DNA of 39,719 nucleotides from an uncultured Verrucomicrobiae bacterium. GTDB taxonomy: Bacteria > Verrucomicrobiota > Verrucomicrobiia > Limisphaerales > JAFGQR01. Where the stretch lies: contig CAWBHS010000103.1 in NCBI GenBank assembly GCA_963788655.1, positions 1 through 39,719 on the forward strand, read 5' to 3'. The notes under the pieces were generated by a model that was given only the letters and a program-made list of their open reading frames with translations, did no database searches and was not told where the DNA came from. The translations under genes were made by a program, and so were the position numbers. Shown here in pieces: positions 1-9,650 of the stretch; position 1 is the first letter of the stretch; every line of letters starts with the position of its first letter.

Positions 1-3000
1 ACCAGGCCCGACCCTCCGGATCGTTTCGATGACCTGGTACGCGACTCCCGGCTGGAACGTCCGCTTCCGCTCCGGATAACCGGCGGGTTCCTCTACGTTC
101 CCTGCCGGCAGGCTGCGCCGGCGACGCAGACGCTTCCGAGATTCCTCTGCGCTTCGCCGCCGTCTCCAGGCAGCTCCGCCTTTCACCAGCTCGCCAGCTT
201 TGCCTCTCAACTAAAGGGTGCCAGGGACCACCGTGCGGCGTCTTGGACCCAGGCTCGGGTCTTTCTGATACTCGGTGGCGAGGGCAGTGCCGAGCGTGCG
301 GAGCGCCTGCTCGCCGAGGTGGTCGCCCGCGATCCAAGACGGCCGGACAGCTTGAGTGACTGGGCGGCAGCGTTGTCGGTGGTTGCCAGCGAGCACGACG
401 ATCCTTTCGAGCTGGTGCGCGCCCTCGATGCCGCCGAACGAGCTGTTGAACTGGCACCCAGGCTGCCCGAAGCGGCTTTTAACCTGGCCTGGATCTTGGA
501 CCGCATTCAGCTTCCCGCCCGCGCCGCGGCCGCCTGGCGTCGCTACCTGCAGCTTGACGAAGCGTCACCCTGGGCCAACGAGGCGCGCCAGCGGCTCGCA
601 GCAGTGGCAGCTCCTCCTCTCCCGACACGTCAGCAGATCCTGACGGCGGCCGGCGGCCGCGGCTGCGCCACCGCCGTCGCCGACGATCCGCAGGCCGCCC
701 GTGAACTCGCCGTACGCGACTTGCTCGGCCGCTGGGCGCAAGCCCACCTCGCTGGCAATGCGAAGCAGGCAAGGATCCTCCTCGATAGGGCGTGCGCCAT
801 CGGCGAGGCGCTGGTTCGGAAAGGCGGCGACCACACGGTCGCAGAAGCCTGCGATACCATCCGCCACGCCGAGCAGGAAACCGCGGCCTGCGGCGTACCG
901 GCGCTCGCTCGCGGCCACCGCGACCTCGCTCGCGGCTTCGAGAGCTTCGAGGCGCTACGGATCGCCGAGGCGGAGGAACAGTTCAGCGCTGCGTCCGCCG
1001 ATCTCGAGGGCTGCAGCCCACCGGCTACCGAATGGGCGCGCACCGGCACCGCGGGCGTCGCCCTCTACCGCGGCGAGTCCACCATCGCCGAACGTCTCTT
1101 CACCCAGACACAGAATGCCATAGACGCCACCGCCTTTCCAGCCTTGGCCGGCCGTGCTCAGTGGGGACTGGGTCTGGTACGGATCCGGCGGGGAGACTTC
1201 GGCGGCGCCCTGCGATCGTACCGAACCGCCGCCTCCTTGTTCGAGCGCGCCGGAGAGCCCGCCAATCTCGGCGCGCTGAACACTCTGTTGGCCGAGGACC
1301 TTCATTTCCTCGGCTATTACCGGGCGGCCTGGAAGCACCGCTACCGTGCAGGCACCCTTCTGGCCGGCAGATCCGCGCCTCAACGCCTCCACAACCTCCT
1401 TTGGGAAGGCGCCCACGCCGCCCTCGATGCCGGGTTGCCGCACGCCGCCCTGGCAATGCAGGACGAAGGGGTTGGCGTCGCCGCAGCCTGGGGCGATCCG
1501 GTGATTCTCGGCGAGGCACTGCTGCGGCGCAGCCGAATCCACCTCGCGTTAGGCGATCCCGTGGCCGTACAAGTAGCGACCTCGTCCGGGCCGGAGAGCT
1601 TGCGGCGCGGGCACCGAGCCCGGAGATGCGCACCCGACTGGAGGCCGACATCCGGACGGCGAGAGGCGAGGCTCGGCTGGCCACCGATGCTGACGAAGCG
1701 GTGGCTCAGTTCGACCGAGCGATGCCTTCTACCGGCAGCGCGAACTCGTCCTAGAGCTGGCCGGCGCCTACCTCGGCCGGGCGCGTGCTTTGCTTCAGCG
1801 AGGTGCTGAGGACAGGGCCAAAGCCGACCTGTGGAGTGCTGTCCATCTGTTCGAGCGGCAGCGCTCGGCACTGCGAAACTCTGACCAACGTCGGCGCTTC
1901 GCCGAAACCGCCCAGACGCTTTTCGACGAAATTCTACGGCTGGCCACCAACTCGCCGCATCGGGCGATGGACAGCCTGGTGTCGCCGAGCGGGCAAGGCG
2001 ACTTCAGGCGCTACCGGTGGAATCGAAGGCGGCCGACGGCAACGGCGGTTCGGCAGCCGTATACGATGCGGCTCTGGCGAACCTGCCGCAGCGGCTTCGC
2101 GACCTACCGTCCGATTCGGTACTGGTCGAGTATGCGTGGCTGGAAGACCGGCTGCTCGTGTGGACGGTCCACGGTGGGCGGCTTGACCTGACGATTCGCA
2201 CGCTGCCTCGTCACGACCTGGTGGAGCTCACTCCCGCCGTCACCGCGCCAGCCTCAGTGGCACGGCACGAGCTGTAGGAGATCCGGTCGGCGATCTGGCA
2301 AGACTCCTCCTGCCGCCAGCGGTGCGCGAGCCCACCACCGGTGGACTCTTGCTCGTGGTTCCCGACAAGGCCCTCTACGACGTATCGTTTTCCACCCTGC
2401 GCAACCCTCGTGACGGACGTTTCCTCGTCGAGGGCCATCCGATCTCGGTGCTGCCGAGTGCTCTAGCGCTGTTCGCCAGCCTCGATTTCCAGAGCAACAA
2501 GCCGTCGGCCGTGCCGCTGAACGCGACTCTGGTCGGCGCCCCGGCTTTCGACACGATGGCTTTCGCTCAACTCCCGCCGCTCCCTGGATCCGCGGCTGAG
2601 ATCAGGGACATCGCTCGCCTTTATCCGCACCCCACGGAACTCGTCGGAAAAGCGGCCACCCGGGCGAGATTGCTTGCCGAGATCGACCGCCAACCAGTGC
2701 TGCACTACAGCGGGCACGCGATCCTCAATCCCCAGCGCCCCGAATACTCCCACCTGGTCCTCGCCGCTGACCCGAGCAGTGACGGCCGGGATCTCCTCTA
2801 TGCCCATGAACTCGACGCCCTGCACCTGCGGAGGCTCAGGCTCGTCGTGCTTTCGGCCTGCAACACGATCGGTGTCGAAGACTCCCGGACCGCCGGCCTC
2901 TCCGGCTTGGCGCGTTGGTTCCTGAATGCGGGCGCATCGGCAGTCCTAGGCACGCTCTGGGAAGTCGACGACCAAACTGCACGGCGCCTGACTGGTGAGT

Positions 3001-3149
3001 TCCACCGCACGTTTCTCGCCAACGGCGACGCCGCGGATGCGTTGCGGCAGGCGCAGCGCGCGATGATCGGCGACGCCGTTCCACCCTCGCGGTGGGGAGC
3101 GTTCCAGCTCGTCGGAGTCCTCAGGTGGAAGCAAGCGCAAGTGCCCTAA
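1..3149 (+). CDS. TPR-repeat + C-terminal CHAT (caspase-like Cys protease) protein; 5' end outside the window; split by several frameshifts
   Basis: Frame 1 is open from base 1 (TRPDPPDRF...RPLPLRITGGFLYVPC) into ORF 319-1809, which has TPR-like helices (LDAAERAVELAPRLPEAAFNLAWIL, AAWRRYLQLDEASPWANEA). It continues through pieces 1790-~1990, 2017-2277 (SVLVEYAWLEDRLLVW) and 2322-3149. The last piece has the CHAT motifs LLVVPDKALYDVSF, LPPLPGSAAEI, HYSGH (His 2715-2717), LVVLSACNT (Cys 2859-2861), LGTLWEVDD and WGAFQLVG. Confidence 0.85.
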
Positions 3150-3234
3150 GCGCGAAACGAGGATCAGCGACCGTCTAGTACAGAAGGACCCACCGTCACG
3201 CATATACCGCATATACCAACCAAGGAGAGACACC

Positions 3235-4107
3235 ATGCCATTTGAAGTCAGAATCCACTTCAGGGGGATCTGCTCACTCGTTCGCGATCCACAGCAAACC
3301 AAAGCGATGGTCATTTTGCCGCCGGCCTGGAGCGACGTCGTGGTCCCTTCTTCTCACCGGTCGATTGACGATAAGCCTCTCAATCGCCACCGGGCCTTTC
3401 TATCCTTCCCGACAGCATCCTTGAAGGGCTGCGAGGGTGCCCCTGCCGATGCGACCTCGATCTTCTACCTGAACGGCTACGAGCTGCCGGGAGGAGACCT
3501 CAGTTTCGTCACCACAGGGAACATCGACCCATCACAATTGATAGTAGGTGACCTTTGGCATCTGGCTAGCCGAGCTTCATCGCCCCGGGCTTGGCGACTA
3601 TCGACTCGCAGATCCTCACGCAGCAACCTGCCGACGATTCGACATTGGTTCGCATCAAGCTCCACAAGGGGTACCTCGACGCACCGAAGGGGCCACACAC
3701 TTGGGTGTTCCCGCCTATACTTAGCGGCAATGTGAAGTCCGTGAACCTCGCTCCTGAGTTCACGGTTGCCATGAAAGAAGTCGAGACATTCAAAGTGAAG
3801 ATCACGAGATTCGATGGCATCGAATCGGAGTTCCCCTTTACCGAGACCTCCAGTAAGGTCGAGATCTTCGTCAATCACCTTTGCGATCAGAACCCCCTAG
3901 ATTGGCACACAGATCACCTCTCGCTACCTCCCGATGATGATTTTCGGTGGCACTTTGATCTTCTCGACCCCGGAAATCAAGGCTGATCTGAAAGACCGAC
4001 TGAAATCTGCTCTTTCGCTACCCTTGCCGCATAGCGTGGCCGGCGCCAGCAACGGCCAAGGTGTGAACTGCTTCCCCTCGGACACTGAACCCCAGCAGGT
4101 ACCTTAA
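3235..4107 (+). CDS. Hypothetical beta-rich protein downstream of the CHAT gene; two apparent frameshifts (~3570-3590 and ~3980)
   Basis: RBS AAGGAGAG precedes ATG 3235. MPFEVRIHFRGICSLV... (ORF 3235) joins LATIDSQIL...DDDFRWHFDLLDP (ORF 3591-3986) and then ADLKDRLKSALSLPLPHSVAGASNGQGVNCFPSDTEPQQVP*, with TAA at 4105-4107 just before the next RBS. Confidence 0.6.
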
Positions 4108-4119
4108 CCTGGAGACCGC

Positions 4120-5271
4120 ATGATGAGACTCTTCGACTATCGTGGAGTGCGCTCATTGGTGATTCCTCTAGATGGGAATAGCACATTCGAACTTCTCAAT
4201 GAAGCCAATGGGGCCTCGGGGCTCCTGACACCTACGACCAGTGCTCAGACCTTTGGCGAGATCGTCATCGCCCTGCCTGACGAGCCCGGCAACAATGAAG
4301 CGGTAGCGGCAACCATCGTTCGCTTCGGACTCAATACCGTGGCTGGCCCTCCTCCGAACAAGGCGACAGACTGCTTCAGTGCTGTCACTTGTGAGCCACT
4401 GCCACTCAAACTAAGTCGCCAACCGGGGCTGGACGAGCTGAACATAACAGGTCAATTTGCCGTTCGAGCTTTCTACGCCGCCCTCTGTGATCTTCATGAC
4501 CATAAGGCGGTGGCGGACGACGTCTACGCGACTCCGACAGCGGCCTTTCTCTGCGAGATCTCGGGCACCATCAACCAGACCGAACATGGCGTGGTTTTCC
4601 TGCGAGGAAATCTCGCCATGCAACGCCGCGAGCCATCGAGCGGCCCGATCGTCTCGATCTCCCTGCCTCTACAGAACCGAGTCAGGGTACTCAGGGAAAC
4701 CACTGATGCGCTCGAAGGAACTAACCGCCTTTTGCAGGTTCAGCCGATCGCTTTCGTATCTAGGTTCTCTGACCCCCTCCATAGCGCTCAGTCACTGGAT
4801 TGTCAAGCCAAGATGGCCACGGCAATATGGAGGCGCTGCTGCGTCGACCTCCACTTCATTCCTCTCAGGACCATCGTGGATTCGACCCGCAAGACCTGCG
4901 ATCTTTCGAACGAGATCGGTCGATGCGAGGAGTACCAGAATTACCTTCGGGTGTACTTCGTTGCCGCGGATCTTCCTGACGGCGGCGCCACCACGTTTGA
5001 ACCCGGAATGTTGTCCGGGCATGTAGTCATCACGGACAATAACAAGGGGAATCCGTACCTTCTCGCCCATGAATTCGGCCACGTCCTGAACGGCAATCAT
5101 CCCAACCTCGACAACGGAACTCAGTGGCCGGGAGCATCGAAATCCATCCTCAAACCAAGTGGGTCGGCTCATAAAATGAACCGATCTCGGAACCCGATCG
5201 AGAATTGCTGCCAAGTCTGTAATTCCGGCCTCCAAACTGGTCTGAGATGCCTCATGACCCCAGATCCCTGA
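4120..5271 (+). CDS. Cys-rich protein with a C-terminal zincin/metzincin-like metallopeptidase domain
   Basis: RBS GGAGA at 4111-4115. Intact 383-aa ORF with LAHEFGHVLNGNH (HExxH plus a third His at +11), preceded by LRVYFV and VVIT strands and followed by SILKP at the Met-turn position. I count 13 Cys and see no obvious signal peptide. Confidence 0.7.
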   Translation: MMRLFDYRGVRSLVIPLDGNSTFELLNEANGASGLLTPTTSAQTFGEIVIALPDEPGNNEAVAATIVRFGLNTVAGPPPNKATDCFSAVTCEPLPLKLSRQPGLDELNITGQFAVRAFYAALCDLHDHKAVADDVYATPTAAFLCEISGTINQTEHGVVFLRGNLAMQRREPSSGPIVSISLPLQNRVRVLRETTDALEGTNRLLQVQPIAFVSRFSDPLHSAQSLDCQAKMATAIWRRCCVDLHFIPLRTIVDSTRKTCDLSNEIGRCEEYQNYLRVYFVAADLPDGGATTFEPGMLSGHVVITDNNKGNPYLLAHEFGHVLNGNHPNLDNGTQWPGASKSILKPSGSAHKMNRSRNPIENCCQVCNSGLQTGLRCLMTPDP

Positions 5272-5410
5272 TGTCGCTCAGACTCAGCGCCGGTCTCGAC
5301 TCTGGGTCAACGCCGATTCAACGGCCCGGCCCGGGCGTTCGTAGGAACCGGTAGACTGGCGGCATCCGTGCGGCCGCCGGCACGTCGCCAACGTCGTCCC
5401 CGGAGGTCCC

Positions 5411-6650
5411 ATGGCACCGCACCGTTCGTCCCGTGCGCCCGTCGTACCGCTCGCCGTCCTCGTCCTCGCCTTCATCGCCGCCGTGGCGGTCGCTCCGCCA
5501 GCCCACGCCGCCCCGTGGCGGCTGGTCGGACCCGAGGGCGGCTCGGTGCGCGCCATCGCCCGCGCCGCCGAGCGGCCGCGGCGCGTCTTCGCAGCGGCCC
5601 GCCACGGCGGCGTCTTCCGCTCGGACGACGGCGGCGCCAGCTGGTCCGTGGTGCTGCCACTCGGCGAGCTGAACGGCTCTGGGCCCTCGCCGTCGACGCC
5701 GCGGGCGACCGGGTGCTCGCCGCCAACCTCCACACGGTCCACCGCAGCGACGACGGCGGCGCCACCTGGCAAACCGTCAACACGACCGTGCTGACGGTGA
5801 GCGACCTGGCCCTGGCGCCGTCCGATCCGGACGTCGCCTACGCCGTCGGCCTGCGGCTCGCCCGCAGCGACGACGGCGGCGCCACCTGGCACTCGATCGA
5901 CGCCGGCTTCCCGGTCCACGGTGCCCTCGCCATCGCGGTCCACCCCACCGACCCGGACACCGCCTGGGTGGCGACCGACGACCACGGCGCCTGGCGCACC
6001 ACCGACGGCGGCGGGCACTGGCATCGGGTGCTGCCCCCGACGGGACCTACCTGCAGGACGTGGCGGCGGACCCGCACAGCCCCGGCACGGTGTACGTCAG
6101 CTCCAACCTCGGGCTGCGGGTGAGCCACGACGGCGGCGACACCTGGACCCAGGTTTCCGGAGCCGGGAGGGGCCGGTTGGCGGTCGACCCGGACACCTCC
6201 GGCGCCCTCTACGCCGTCGACGTGGTCTATACGGGCAACGCAATCGGCGGCTACGACTGGCAGCTCTACCGTTCGACGGACGCCGGCGTCTCGTTGCAGC
6301 TGCTGCACACGTTCCTCGGCCCGGTGCTCGACGTCGCTCCGCCGGTGGCCGGCGAGCCGTTGCTCGCCGCCGAGGACCTGGTGGGCGTCGAGGTGAGCGA
6401 CGACGGCGGCGACTCCTGGCGCACGGCCACCGCCGGCCTGCACGCCACCGGCGCCACCGCCATCGCCCTGTCTCCGGCCGAGCCCTCGACCGTCCACGCC
6501 GCGGTCCTCGACCCCTTGCTGTCCATGCGCAGCCCGGACGGCGGCATCCACTGGCCCTCCACGCAACTCGCCTTCAGCTTCGGGGCGGCCACCCGCATCG
6601 TCGCCCACCCCACCGACCCGGAACGGGCCTTCGTGCTCTACCCCGGTGGC
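5411..6650 (+). CDS. Secreted Asp-box/BNR-repeat beta-propeller protein; frameshifted (~5670, ~6050) and truncated at ~6650
   Basis: RBS GGAGG at 5402-5406 and a signal peptide ending PAHA|APW. Asp-box repeats: RSDDGGASW, RSDDGGATW twice, RTTDGGGHW, VSHDGGDTW, VSDDGGDSW, RSPDGGIHW. Very high GC. Confidence 0.75.
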
Positions 6651-8906
6651 TTCAATGCCTACGGAACGGTGACCAGTGAAGTAGCCAACCTGACGGTGAC
6701 GCCGGTAACTCCAGTGTTTGACCTTTCAGCGGACTATTCCTTGGCTTCCAATCCCAACGGGGCTTGGAGCTACGGCTGGGAAGTTGGTTTGGACAGTGCG
6801 TTGCACCTCTTGGAATACTCCAGCACTTTTCACGCGGATAACGGGGTGCCCATTGCCGCCTGGCAGTATAACGCGGCTACCGGGCCGGTGGTAAACCGGG
6901 TGAAGGGTCCGGGGACCGCGGTGTCGAAGGGTGGAGCGTTTGTCGGGCCGGAAAGGTACGGTCATTTTGCTCCCGGATCGGTGGGAACCGACCGCAACTT
7001 TGGGGTGGTGCGGTTTACCTCGCCAGCCAGCGGAGAGTACCGGGTGGAAACGGTGGCCTTGCCCTTGTTCGATGGCGAATTGTCGGCCGACTGTGACTTT
7101 CATTTAGTCCTCAACGGACAGGAACTGTTCGGGCAGTACCTGGGGCCTAACGAAGGCACCGGTTACACCAACCAACTAAGCTTGTCCAGTGGCGACACGT
7201 TGGACTGGGCGATTGGGCGTGGAACCGACGGAAGCCTACAGACGGGCTTGAAGCTGGCGGTGCGGGTGGTGCAACTGGGCGTGGGGGTGGAACCACCGCA
7301 AATTGTCGTCCAACCCCAAAGCCAGAGCGTGGCAGTGGGAGGCAACGTAACCTTTGCGGTGGAAGCTACCGGCGTGGAACCGCTGAGTTATCAATGGTGG
7401 TTCAACGAGAATCCTGTGCCGGAGGCCACCAATCCGGTCTTGGAACTGCGTCAAGTACCAACCCAAGCAGGGGATTATTGGGTGACCGTAGCGAATGAAG
7501 TCGGCTCGGTAACCAGTCATGTCGCTTCATTGACTGTGACAGAGCCGCGCGTGTTGGTGGCGGCCGATCCGCCGGACGCGGTCCAAGGCCAGTTGGTGTC
7601 CATCCCGCTGGTGTTGACCAGCCCGGGCGATGTCAGCGGCATGACCTTCGTGCTGCGGTATGATCCGGCTTACCTTTCCATGCCAGAAGTTGTGTGGGCA
7701 CTCGGTCTTGAGGACGCCTTCCGTGAGGTCAACAGCGGTGGGCAAGGCGAAGTGCGCTGCGTTTTTGCGCTGCCGCAAGCCACCATGCCGGCCGGAGTGG
7801 TGGCCGTCGCCGCGGTGAATTTCCGGGCGCGCACCGTGTTGGAAGAGGTCACCACGCACGTGGCCGTTGAGGTGTTGGATGTGTCGGGACTGGACGGACA
7901 ACCATTGTCCGGCGCGGACGGCCAGGGCGCGCAAGTGCGCATTCAAGGAGGGGGCAACATGCTGGCCGACAACAATGCCAACGGACGGATCGACATCGGG
8001 GACGCCACCTTGTTGATGCGGTTGTTGGCGCAGTTGGACTCCACCCGCGATTGGGACATCCCGCGTAATGACTTGAATCAAAGCGGTGCCTTGGATAGCG
8101 GGGATACGATTAAGCTCCTGCGCATCGTAGCGGGCACTGATCCCTATCCCGAGCCCATCATGCTGGCGGCCTTGCCTATGGAAGGGGATGGAGGCCCAAG
8201 TATCTTCACCGTGGCGGCGGAGGGAGGAATGCCGACTACCGGTCAGGCCGTCCTAAGTCCGGATCGGATACGGGGCTTGCCAGGCGAACAAGTCACCGTG
8301 CAAGTGCGATTGGAGCGGTTGACCATCAGCGCTGGCTGGGGCGCGGTTTACGTTGCGCTATCCGGCGCGGGCCTTGCGGTTGGTGGAAACCCGGCCATAT
8401 CGCATCGGCTCCCTGGTGCCGGCCAACGCCGTGGCGGTGTGGAACGTTGCTCTCAGACGCCGGCAGCAGGAGACTCATCCGTCGGGCAGGTCACCTTGGC
8501 CGTCAGTAGCGCCACTCCCTGGACCACCCAGGAAGGGGTGCTGGCCGAGTTGACTTTCGATGTCCTGGCTCCCGCCACCGAACAGTACCTGTGGCCCGTG
8601 GTGTTGTCTGAGGTTGAGACGACTGCCAGTGGCTATGAGCGGTTGGCCATGGCCGGGAGCGCCATGGAATTGGTGGGACACGAGGCGCGGCCCGCACAAT
8701 TGAGCCTGCCGGCGCTTGAGAATGGCCAATTTCGGTTGTCGATCAGCGGCGACATGGGGGCAAGCTATCAGTTGGAAATGTCCACCAACCTGGTGGATTG
8801 GCTGCCGCTGCGAACCGTGGTGATCGACGCGGACTCGGTGCCCATTGTGGATGCCGATGCCGGACAGAATGGACGGCGCTTTTATCGGGCGGTGCCGCTG
8901 GAATAA
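6651..8906 (+). CDS. C-terminal part of a large extracellular protein: Ig tail, beta-sandwich, Ig domain, cohesin, dockerin, second cohesin, C-terminal beta domain
   Basis: NAYGTVTSEVANLTV is an Ig C-terminal strand. A full Ig follows at ~7290-7540 (PPQIVVQPQSQSV...PLSYQW...AGDYWVTVANEVGSVTSHVASLTV). Cohesin-like VSIPLVLTSPGDVSGMTFVLRYDPAYL. Paired EF-hand dockerin loops DNNANGRIDIGD and NDLNQSGALDSGD. C-terminal GQFRLSISGDMGASYQLEMSTNLVDW...RFYRAV. A local compensating frameshift at ~8335-8455 puts LRYPARALRL...GSLVPANAVAVWNV in another frame. Confidence 0.75.
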   Translation, partial: FNAYGTVTSEVANLTVTPVTPVFDLSADYSLASNPNGAWSYGWEVGLDSALHLLEYSSTFHADNGVPIAAWQYNAATGPVVNRVKGPGTAVSKGGAFVGPERYGHFAPGSVGTDRNFGVVRFTSPASGEYRVETVALPLFDGELSADCDFHLVLNGQELFGQYLGPNEGTGYTNQLSLSSGDTLDWAIGRGTDGSLQTGLKLAVRVVQLGVGVEPPQIVVQPQSQSVAVGGNVTFAVEATGVEPLSYQWWFNENPVPEATNPVLELRQVPTQAGDYWVTVANEVGSVTSHVASLTVTEPRVLVAADPPDAVQGQLVSIPLVLTSPGDVSGMTFVLRYDPAYLSMPEVVWALGLEDAFREVNSGGQGEVRCVFALPQATMPAGVVAVAAVNFRARTVLEEVTTHVAVEVLDVSGLDGQPLSGADGQGAQVRIQGGGNMLADNNANGRIDIGDATLLMRLLAQLDSTRDWDIPRNDLNQSGALDSGDTIKLLRIVAGTDPYPEPIMLAALPMEGDGGPSIFTVAAEGGMPTTGQAVLSPDRIRGLPGEQVTVQVRLERLTISAGWGAVYVALSGAGLAVGGNPAISHRLPGAGQRRGGVERCSQTPAAGDSSVGQVTLAVSSATPWTTQEGVLAELTFDVLAPATEQYLWPVVLSEVETTASGYERLAMAGSAMELVGHEARPAQLSLPALENGQFRLSISGDMGASYQLEMSTNLVDWLPLRTVVIDADSVPIVDADAGQNGRRFYRAVPLE

Positions 8907-8962
8907 AGATGATTGCACAAGTAATTGCCTGGATCTGCCAACGTCAAAAAGCGCTGCCTAAC

Positions 8963-9029
8963 GCCTCGTGAGGGCACGCGGCCTACAACGCCATCGAGTT
9001 GGCCAGTAGGCCCGGTGCCCCAACGGGCG
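8963..9029. repeat. REP-like inverted pair (GTAG-type)
   Basis: GCCTCGTGAGGGCACGCGGCCTAC (8963-8986) is an imperfect inverted copy of GTAGGCCCGGTGCCCCAACGGGCG (9006-9029). Confidence 0.6.
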
Positions 9030-9043
9030 CAGCCCCCTTGGTC

Positions 9044-9113
9044 GGAGCGCGGACACTCTTGTCCGCCTTCGGTTGGCGCCGGGCGGGCAGGCGGACAAGA
9101 ATGTCCGCGCTCC
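9044..9113. repeat. REP-like inverted pair
   Basis: GGAGCGCGGACACTCTTGTCCGCC (9044-9067) and GGCGGACAAGAATGTCCGCGCTCC (9090-9113) are reverse complements at 23 of 24 positions; each arm is itself a hairpin. Confidence 0.8.
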
Positions 9114-9126
9114 AATTCAATTCCGC

Positions 9127-9328
9127 CTTAGCCGTATCAATTCAGTGGCTGGTGCTGCGGTGAGGCAGTTCGGCGAGGTAGGACAGGCGTCTCGCCTGTC
9201 TCGAATAGCCCAAGGCATCCTCACCGTTTGGTGACATAGAAACACTCGCGGCGCCGTGATACAAGTTGTTGGTTTGCACTCGTTCGGGACAGGCGGGACG
9301 CCTGTCCTACTGAATAGTCACGGCTTAG
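9127..9328. repeat. MITE-like/REP composite: ~200 bp unit with imperfect 20-bp terminal inverted repeats enclosing a GTAG REP pair
   Basis: CTTAGCCGTATCAATTCAGT (9127-9146) and ACTGAATAGTCACGGCTTAG (9309-9328) match at 16 of 20 as inverted repeats. Inside are GTAGGACAGGCGTCTCGCCTGTC (9178-9200) and GACAGGCGGGACGCCTGTCCTAC (9288-9310). Confidence 0.6.
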
Positions 9329-9650
9329 TCTCAACTTGAAAGCAAAATGGAATTACCCGCTTTGACGCTGGCCTCGCCATGCGAATTACTGAAAAGCTCA
9401 CTGGATACACTGCTAGGATAATTGCCTGTTTCTTTGGCAAAGCAGGTTTGTAAAGTCAGCACTATGCTGGTGGCGGAACTTCTTCAAAAGGTATGCCCCG
9501 CTAACGGGCTTGATGGTTTGGTTGGCCTCATCAACTTCCGACAACTCAAAGCCCACGTGAGGAGCAACTCCAGCTTACCCTCGAACTTGGCGCCGAACCT
9601 CCCCAAGCGCAGAATTCGAACTCCGTAAAGAGGGCAAGATACGAGTAAAC

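Noticed and set aside
5743..5891. Identical ~29-bp repeat (CGCAGCGACGACGGCGGCGCCACCTGGCA) 120 bp apart, considered as a CRISPR array
   Set aside because: Only two copies, in frame, encoding Asp-box RSDDGGATW repeats; no cas genes.
9335..9650. Short ORFs between the REP cluster and the methyltransferase
   Set aside because: No recognisable motif or RBS in any frame; may be a gene remnant but cannot be called.
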